A stretch of DNA of 64,000 nucleotides from Octopus sinensis (taxonomy: Eukaryota): assembly GCF_006345805.1 (NCBI RefSeq), contig NC_043013.1, forward strand, positions 22,754,001-22,818,000. Reading direction: 5' to 3'. The number at the start of each line of letters is the position of its first letter. Positions within the stretch are counted from its first letter, which is position 1. Positions 55,013 through 64,000 of the stretch are shown here, piece after piece. A program made the position numbers and the translations under genes. The notes below the pieces were generated by a model that saw only the letters and a list, made by a program, of their open reading frames with translations, did not search any database and was not told the origin of the DNA.

Positions 55013-55659
55013 TGAATAAGTATATAGATTGATGACGATGGAAGTTGAAGAGGAGAGAAAGAGGACAATAACCATACAGAGAGGGAAGGAGATGAATTAA
55101 AAAGATAAAATGAAAGGCAGCCAGTGCCAGCTACATAGTTTTTATCTGTCTCTATGGCCTATATATCATCAGGATGGCAAGCCTCCATTTTCCCGGCTAT
55201 TTTTCTTACATTTTAGTACGCATTCCAAAATTAAAAACATAAAACGACCTACTTCCTCCATCGCTTCCACCCCCTTCCTTCAAACCCCTTTCAATGTGCT
55301 TCTCTCTTCTTATCTCATTCTCCATCGTCCCTCTCAATTGTAAAGATAATAGCACAAAAGATTCCGCCATTAAATCACTGTCTTTCGACCTCTTGTACCG
55401 AAACTTTTCCGACATCCATCTCCGCCATCGACACACCACCACAACAGATATTATGCGCTTCGTCCTCGTCGTCATCATCCTCAACAGCATCACCTACTCG
55501 AGGAATTGAAGAATTAGTGTGAATTCATAACAATACAACAAAAGAATACAAGGTAACGAGAGAGAGAGAGTAAGATGGAGAGAAAGGAGAAAAGAAAGAA
55601 AATTTGGAGAAAATGATACATATATATATATACACACACACACATATATATATATACAA

Positions 55660-55723
<64 letters not shown>

Positions 55724-55831
55724 AACATATATATATATACATATATATACACATATATATATATACAAACAAATACATGTGTGTGTGTGTGTGTGTGTAT
55801 ATATATACAAACATACACACACACACACACA

Positions 55832-55862
<31 letters not shown>

Positions 55863-55874
55863 ACACACACATAT

Positions 55875-55919
<45 letters not shown>

Positions 55920-56423
55920 CAGATGAGACATTTTAGAGTAAGTTACAAGTACATTTTTAGGTTTCTGCCAACCAACCGATTCAACGATTTTAATAAGATT
56001 TGGTATACAGGAAGTACCTGTGCAGATGAATGATTTTCGCTGGGTGTAGCTTGCACTGCACTACCCCCACCTATTTGCCGAAGAATAATGTTTCTTTTTT
56101 TTATGTATATTTTTGTATATTTTTAATTTTATATACATATTTATTTATGTTTATTGTATGTATGTATGTATGTATGTATGTATGTATGTATGTATGTATG
56201 TATACACATATATATAGTACTAAGGCAAAGTCCAGTGAGTTGTAACGTCACGCCTGAAAGCAATCATAAACATAGAAATCATTATAAGTACAATATTTCC
56301 ATCTCATTTTTACGTTCTGAGTTCAAATCACGTCAAGGTAAACCCTGCTTTCCATCACTTTCTGGGTCAAGAAAATAAGATACCAGCGGGGTACTGGGAT
56401 CAATATAATCGAAAACTGCTGAA

Positions 56424-56520
<97 letters not shown>

Positions 56521-56644
56521 ATACATACATACATACACACACACGCATATATATATCTTACTTAAAGCAACTATATTCTTAAAAGCCTGCTAAGACGTAG
56601 TACTCGCAAGTGGGTACTAGTTACTGACATTATGTTTGTGTGTG

Positions 56645-56675
<31 letters not shown>

Positions 56676-57226
56676 TTGTGTGTGTATAATGTGTACAAGT
56701 AGAATAACAATGGTTCAGTTAAGAGTGTAAGGATAATGTTATAATGAAATCCACAAGTTTTGTTAATTACAGCAACCCAGGTTTTCGTGGTTGAAACATT
56801 TATTTCGCCATTTTCCAAGCTGCAAACAAAACCGTTTCCCCAGTCGCTTTTCAGGCAAGATGCCATGTGAACAAAGAACATTGATATAATCGAGTGAAAA
56901 AGATGTCCAGCATGTTCTCTTGAAAATCTGTATTTCTAAAAGAGCGCGAGACCCTCAAATAACTTCGTACATTCCAGGAAAATGCCCGCATTTTAAGAAA
57001 TACATCATGGCGGAATTTTAAAACTTAAGCGTTTTTGACATTTCATTGTAAAGTTAGTTATCTCCCTGTCTCTTTCTTTTTACTTTCTTTCTTATGGGCG
57101 ATTTTGTTCAAACGTTATCAGTTGAATGGCAACTGACAAACGATCTTGGAAAATGGCGAAATGAATTAATGTTTTGGGTCAGGAATCCCTCCTGGGTAGC
57201 TGTATTTCACAAGATTTGTGGTTTAC

Positions 57227-57261
<35 letters not shown>

Positions 57262-57329
57262 TGCTCACATACACATGCACACACAAACACACACGCACGC
57301 ACACACATACACAGACATTTGGATTTTAA

Positions 57330-57472
57330 AGGCGCGGGGTTGGATGTGTGGTAAGAAGCTTGCGTCTCAGTCGTATTGTTCCGGGTTCACTCCCACTGCG
57401 GACACCGTGAGCAATCTTTACGCACTATAGACTCGAGCCGACCAAAGTTTTGTGAGTGGGTTTGGTAAACGG

Positions 57473-57528
<56 letters not shown>

Positions 57529-57529
57529 C

Positions 57530-57578
<49 letters not shown>

Positions 57579-57770
57579 TGTGTGTGTCTGTGTTTGTCCC
57601 CGCTACCCTCGCTTGACAAGCGATGTTGGTGTATTTACGTTTCCGTATTCTAGCGGTTCGGCAAAAGAAACCGATAGAATAAATATTAGGCTTACAATCA
57701 ATAATCCTGGAGTTGATCTCTTCGATTAAAAATCACTTTTAGGAGGTGCTCTCCAGCATGGTCGCACTAC
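57330..57770 (+). mobile_element. CORE-domain SINE with (TG)n middle
   Basis: Family head and tail motifs. Confidence 0.8.
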
Positions 57771-58139
57771 TTTTCTATGTAATAAAGTGCTATGGTGGCC
57801 GTCTATGTGATCGCTCGACTCACTAGAAATAGCACCTAAATAACTTACATAAACATAGAAGCACCCAAATAGAAATATAAGCGCATATATTTGGATTTTG
57901 TGACTATAATAATCGTTTTTATTCTTTCTCTGTGCTTGACTGGGTAGAAACGGTCATATTTTGAAAATATTGCTGTCACGTGACACATCAATGATATTCC
58001 GATAGCAGTCTCATATTTTCTATTATTGAAAGTGAAAATTTGTGATTTACAACATAGATAGATAAGTAATATGAAAGATATTCTCGTCGGCGGAGTCACT
58101 TATATAGATTTACAGCTGAACAATAAATGGCTGTACATA

Positions 58140-58177
<38 letters not shown>

Positions 58178-58284
58178 TGTGTGTGTGTGTAACACTAGTG
58201 CTGCTCAAATTTCTGTAGAGATTTTCAATTACATATTTCCAGGTCAACAGCAGGTGAAAGTCGTGAATATTTGATTAGAAATAT

Positions 58285-58301
58285 TCACGAACAGAGAGAG
58301 G

Positions 58302-58337
<36 letters not shown>

Positions 58338-58900
58338 ACAGACAGAGAGACAGAGAGACAGAGAGACAGACAGAGACAGAGACAGACAGACAGACAGAGA
58401 GAGAGAGGCGGAGAGAGAAATAGGGAGGGAGAGGGAGAGAAAGAAAGAGAGGCAGACAGAGACAGAGACAGAGACACAGAGACAGAGACACAGAGACAGA
58501 GAGATAGTAAGACACAGAGATACATGAAGAAAGAAAGAAAATATTAAAATGGAGAAGAAGAAAGATTGAATATAAAAAAAGAAAAATGTTTGGAAGAATA
58601 TTTGAGGCAGAAGTGAAGGAAAAGAAGGAAAAGAAAATGAAAGATAGAGAGAAAGAAATAAAGGAATGAATTGCAGAAAAGAAAAGAAATTTGAAGGAAT
58701 CTATGGCAATAGAAAGAAAATTTTTAAAAAATCAAATAGTGAAAGAACAAAGAATAGGTAATAAATAAACGTGATTGACGCGAAGGACGAGAGTGAGAAA
58801 AGAAAGGAAAAAGAAAGGAAAGAAAGAAATGAAGTGTAAATTAATAAGATATGTCGGACAGTAGACATGGCGACAGGAAAGAAAGGAAAAAAGACAATGT
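58285..58900 (+). repeat. GA-rich purine tract with (GA)n/(GACA)n
   Basis: Direct inspection. Confidence 0.9.
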
Positions 58901-59732
58901 ATCGTGTAAATAATGAGTGAAAACAAGCGAGAAGAAGAGAGAGATAAAAGAACACACACACACACACACACGTGCAGACGAACAGACATGCAGAAACACA
59001 CGAACTCACGCATGCGCACATGCACATGCCCAGACCCACAGGAGAAGGGATGGAGTGGAGAGTAAAAGATGGTGGTTTGATATATGTATCCAGGCCAGTA
59101 ATATTTGTTAATCTTGTACTTACAAGATAGATGAGATCCAAGTAATTTCATGCATCAGTGACTATTACCTTCCGTTCTGCTTTCCAATCGAACATTCAGG
59201 AATTTCACCAGATTTTGACATCGAAATATGGAATTAAAGATCTCTCTCCAGAACATTGAACAACGTCGGCGAAAAAAGAACAATGAAGCTTTTAAAGATT
59301 TTTTTTTCGTGATTTCGTTGTTGCTGCTGCTGCTGCTGTTGTTGTTGTTGTTGTTATGGTGGATATTATTGTTGTAGTTCCGTTTTTGCTTGTTGTTTGT
59401 TATTGTCGTTGTTGTTTTTATCGTTGTGGTTGTTAGGTATTATGGTAGCATCAACAGTACTCTACTAAAATTGGAAAGAATACAGGAAAGATATTTAATG
59501 TTATGATACTTAATATTGGTGTTTCTAAGATAGGCGCAGGTATAGCTGAGTGGTACGAAGCTTGGTTCCCAACAACACGGTTCCAGGTTCAGTACTACTG
59601 CGTGGCTCATTGGGCATGTGTCTTCTATAACCTGAGGCCGACTGAAGCCTAGTGAGTCGATTTAGTAGACAGAGACTGAAAGACGCCTGTTGTATATATA
59701 TATATATTATATATATATATATATATATGATA

Positions 59733-59881
59733 CAATTCTATATTTAAGAGATGAGGAATTATGTACATTATTTACATTTGACGGATATTTGTCCTCATCT
59801 TGTTTGCCCATGGGCTTATGACATAGTGGTTAAGAGCGCGGGCTACTAACCCCAAGATTCCGAGTTCGGTCCAGGCAGTGA

Positions 59882-59976
<95 letters not shown>

Positions 59977-60131
59977 TTGAAAAATACCCTAGGAATGAGA
60001 ACCCAGGTTCGAAATTTCCCCCAAGTCACCTGATGAGGGCTAGAGGGTATATCAGTCGGAACGCTGTGTTAACAACAAACAAGATGAGGAAAAATGAGGA
60101 CAAATATCTGTCAATGAAAATAATATAAATA

Positions 60132-60136
<5 letters not shown>
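59733..60136 (+). mobile_element. tRNA-headed SINE with (AAT)n and hammerhead tail (copy B), preceded by an inverted copy of its own 3' end (59733-59806)
   Basis: A box tgacatagtgg (59819-59829), B box gagttcggtcc (59862-59872); cac-ctgatga at 60027-60036; inverted segment matches 30648-30735. Confidence 0.85.
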
Positions 60137-60171
<35 letters not shown>

Positions 60172-60203
60172 GTATATATATATGCATGTATATATATATA
60201 TAT

Positions 60204-60235
<32 letters not shown>

Positions 60236-60277
60236 ACAAACGTATTTATATATACATGTATATATATATATATATAT

Positions 60278-60322
<45 letters not shown>

Positions 60323-60325
60323 CAG

Positions 60326-60648
60326 TGAGGGCGCGTGGCTTAGTGGTTAGGGCATTCGGCTCATGATCGTAAGGTTGTGAGTTCGATTCCGGCGACGCGT
60401 TGTGTCCTTGAGCAAGACACTTTATTTCACGTTGCTCCAGTCCACTCAGCTGGCAAAAATGAGTTGTACTTGTACTTCAAAGGGTCAGCCTTGTCACTCT
60501 CTGTGTCACGCTGATTATCCCCGAGAACTACGTTAAGGGTACACGTGTCTGTGGAATGCTCAGCCATTTGCACGTTAATTTCACGAGCAAGCTGTTCCGT
60601 TGATCGTATCAGCTGGGACCCTCGTCGTCGTAACCGGCGGAGTCTTTA
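60326..60648 (+). mobile_element. Full-length Meta-domain tRNA SINE
   Basis: Closely similar to the reverse complement of 5083-5410. Confidence 0.9.
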
Positions 60649-60679
60649 TATATACATACATACATACATGTGTGCGTTT

Positions 60680-60990
60680 GGTGTGGAGACGCGTGACGTA
60701 GTATCATGTGTTCGGCTCATGATCGTAGTGTCATGAGTTCGACTCCCGGCGTTGTGTACTTGGGCACGACATTTTATTTCACGTTGCTCCAGTCCACTGG
60801 GCTGACAAAAATAAGCTGTACCTGCAATTCAAAGGGTTGCAGTGTTATTTTACAGTGTGTCACGCTGAATCTCCTTGAGAACTATGTTAAGGGTATACGT
60901 GTTTGTGGAGTACTCAGCCAGTTGCACATTAACTTCTCGAGGAGACTGTTTTGTTGACCGGATTAGCTGGAAGCCTGATCGTCGTAAGTG
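60680..60990 (+). mobile_element. Older Meta-domain SINE, head-to-tail with the previous copy
   Basis: Same architecture, more substitutions. Confidence 0.8.
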
Positions 60991-61587
60991 GCGAGCCCCA
61001 GTTCATTGCTCCCTTGTTATGCTCCCTTATTGCTCTCAGTTGTTGATTTGGTTCCGTTGGTTGCTGTCGTAAAGATTGTTGTATGGTTGGTGTTACGGAC
61101 ATTATTCTTGTTCCTGTTACGGAAGTCATTCTTCTTCTTGTTGTTTATCTAGTAATGGCCGATGCTATTACTTTATTTCAGTCTTTAAAGTCAAGAGAGA
61201 AGAGCGGTACCTAAGGCGTGAGAGAGGAGAGTTATCTACACCCTGACACCCGGATTGTGTACCCAGCTAAAGGTAGCCAGAATGTCAGGTGCTAAAGTTA
61301 GACAAGCCAAGTAAACTATGGCGAGATTTGAACTCAAACCGCAAAGATTAGTAGTAAATAAAGTATGGCCTCCCTTCCAACGCAGTGACCACCCACCCTG
61401 AACAAGGGCTTCATTTATCGATTTCAGAATTAAGAATGCAAAGTTATTCTCGCAGGATTTGAACTCAGAACGCAACGTACCGAAATAAATGCAATAATGA
61501 ATTTTGTCTGACACTGGAACGATTCTGTAAATTCGCCGTGGTTGTTATTTATATTGTTATGATATTGTAAGCAGTGCAGCATGTGCT

Positions 61588-61614
61588 TTATTATTATTAT
61601 TATTATTATTATTA

Positions 61615-61675
<61 letters not shown>

Positions 61676-61849
61676 CATTATTATTATTATTTTATTATTA
61701 TTATTATTATTATATTATTATTATTATCATTATTATTATTATTATATTATCATTATTATATTATTATTATTATTATTATTATATTATTATTATATTATTA
61801 TTATTATTATCTATTATTATTATTATATTATTATATTATTATTATTATC

Positions 61850-61884
<35 letters not shown>

Positions 61885-61885
61885 G
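61588..61885. repeat. (ATT)n microsatellite
   Basis: Direct inspection. Confidence 0.95.
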
Positions 61886-62462
61886 AGTGAGAGAGCAGTG
61901 CATGCCATCAAAGTGACACTGGGGTAAAATATACGAAGCCCAATATACCCATCATGACTACCCGTCTGATAAGGGTACACCAGGCACATGCATCACAACC
62001 ATTTGTGCGCGACATGGTGATCTCATATCAAGATAAACAGCACATGACCTTGCAGGTGGGGCCCAGTTAGAATTTTCTTCAGGTTGAGTAGCCCATCCGG
62101 CTCAAAAGGACCCTGAATAAGGGTTGTTTAAGGATGTTGAAATAACCAGCCATTTTTCCAGAGGTGAATTATTCAAATCCCAAAGAATCCCTCTCAACAC
62201 ATGGCCATGATGCTCCCCCACTACTTCTGCTCGTGATCAGAGATGCACATATCATCAGCCACTAAGGGACATGCTCAACTGGTTAAAGTCAAACAACTGA
62301 CAAGCAAATTTGTGGTATTGAGCAGAATATTTGCTGCAGCCCATCTTTTATACTAAGACAAAACAATGTACATGATAACACTTCCAATCAGTTAAGATCA
62401 GAAGCCATGAGAGCCACTGCCTTACCCATGAGAGCCACTGCTTAGCCATGAGAGCCACTGCC
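61886..62462. mobile_element. Unclassified interspersed repeat ending in a 20-bp tandem triplication; partial inverted copy at about 27770-27960
   Basis: 62270-62420 matches the reverse complement of 27775-27945; ccatgagagccactgc occurs three times at 62404-62462. Confidence 0.7.
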
Positions 62463-62466
62463 TTTC

Positions 62467-62536
<70 letters not shown>

Positions 62537-63735
62537 TCATTTTATTTTTGCGAATATTTTTTCCTATTCTCTCTGTAGTATCTTCTTGATCTGATATCCA
62601 AGATCGTATGAACTGATTTTTACTACAAAGATGTAAATGACATCATGTTTTTACTATTCAAATTATTTTTCCTTGCGTCCAAAGTTTTACTTCTTCCTTT
62701 CATTCCCGTTGCTCTCTTATAGTATCTGGTGATTAAAGAAGATATTGCTGCAAATTGATCTCATCTCGTTTAGAAGCACATTAAATGACAGTCTCCAATA
62801 AATATTGGATGATATCAATTTTAGATTTTTGCCAATTGTCGAAATCATTTACAGTGAGTCACACACTGTAATATATAGTAGAGATTGATTTCCCAAGTGT
62901 TACGCTTACAAAATAGTTTTCGAATTAGCTTCTTTTTGTCTTTTTGTTGTTTTTTTTAAATTTTTGTTTCCATAAGTTGTAGGCAGAGGATTAGCACAGT
63001 CGTTAGAACATTGAGGAAATACCTTGCGATTTTATTCTGGCTTGTATTCTGAGTTCATATCTCATCAAGTATTCTGGGGCTTTTTTTTTCTGAGATCGAG
63101 AAATGCAGTACCAATCTAGGGCAGTGGAATGCATGTCTTTCGAAATACTTGGTGGCTTTCTCGGCAAACAGTGTCAAAATTAAATTGAAAATGCTATCAT
63201 TCGGTACAGAGTTAAAAGCTAAATGGGAAGTGTACACACCAATTGGAGTGTGTATCACCTGAAACGAATACACAATTACCCGATTAAAAGGATCACATTC
63301 TAAGTAAAGGATTGGGTTTTACTCCTTAAATCCAGTGTTTAAAACATAAAAGGTATATATGAACGTGAGATTAATTTGTGACTGTATTATCTGCTGCACT
63401 CTAACTGCACTTTACAGCGACACACTCTACGAAACATGAGACAACTACAGCCTCTTCATTTCATATCAGGAAAGAAAATAACTATTATCTTAAAGTAACT
63501 TTCCATACCCAGAGGGTGTATCTAATTTAAAAAGATACATTCTCAAAAGCGAAAATATATCAGGCATAAATAGAACAATATAATGAATACATATGAAAAG
63601 ACAAGTAATAATAATGCTAATGAGAATAAAACAAGGATCTTTTCGGTTTGAACGGCAGATTTTTCTAGCGGTGTCATATGAAATTGTCACCCATAATTAT
63701 GACCCTAGTATCGATCTATTGCATTTCAATCTGTT

Positions 63736-63799
63736 TTAGGGTTAGGGTTAGTTAGTGTTAGTTAGGGTTAGGGTTAGGGTTAGGGATGGGGGGAAAGGG
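63736..63799 (+). repeat. Interstitial telomere-like (TTAGGG)n tract with G-run
   Basis: ttaggg x2, ttag-ttagtg-ttag, ttaggg x4, then atgggggg; flanked by non-telomeric sequence. Confidence 0.85.
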
Positions 63800-64000
63800 T
63801 ATCTTTTTTTCTTCACAAATGTAAATAAACCCAATCTGTTTCTTAAACGAGGGACATATTCATACGGCACAGAATGTTTTTTACCTCAATAGACGTCAGG
63901 GATTAGTTGAAATTTCAGAAATTGAAGAAAAAAACAACAAATATCTTACAAACTATAGAATTTTCTCAATAAAGCCAAGAGAAAAAGATATTTTATAAAC

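Noticed and set aside
59805-59885. tRNA-like sequences here and at about 5330-5405, 12303-12375, 30915-30998 and 60326-60395 as tRNA genes
   Set aside because: They have A/B boxes but no closed acceptor stem and continue into SINE bodies; they are SINE heads.

Overview
Eukaryotic, AT-rich DNA saturated with microsatellites and transposon remnants. The SINE repertoire (CORE-, Nin/Deu- and Meta-domain tRNA SINEs), the Penelope-like elements and the very high simple-repeat load point to an octopod cephalopod genome; this is inferred from recognised repeats, not a database search. Almost all ORFs in the supplied track are translations of simple repeats. The only host coding sequence I can support is two + strand exons of a trypsin-like (peptidase S1) gene, 2437-2554 and 25367-25525. 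They splice in frame across a 22.8-kb intron to give ...VEKIILYPYFNMSD|YHYYDIALVK...CNSYGWGCTKYG. The His57 and Ser195 exons were not found in the window. The rest is intron-like DNA holding decayed mariner, Penelope-like (RT and GIY-YIG), RTE, CR1/L2-like, HERO-like and Helitron elements plus more than 20 SINEs. Main observations: (i) a recurring set of minimal Penelope-type type-I hammerhead motifs, including a tRNA-headed SINE with a hammerhead tail and an inverted terminal segment; (ii) a pri-miRNA-like hairpin on the sense strand of the protease intron; (iii) a Penelope copy with a twin-priming-style 5' inversion; (iv) a 593-bp tandem duplication carrying a long hairpin; (v) an unexplained CpG-dense patch. 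All alignments and folds were done by eye, and TE boundaries are approximate unless a TSD or terminus is quoted.
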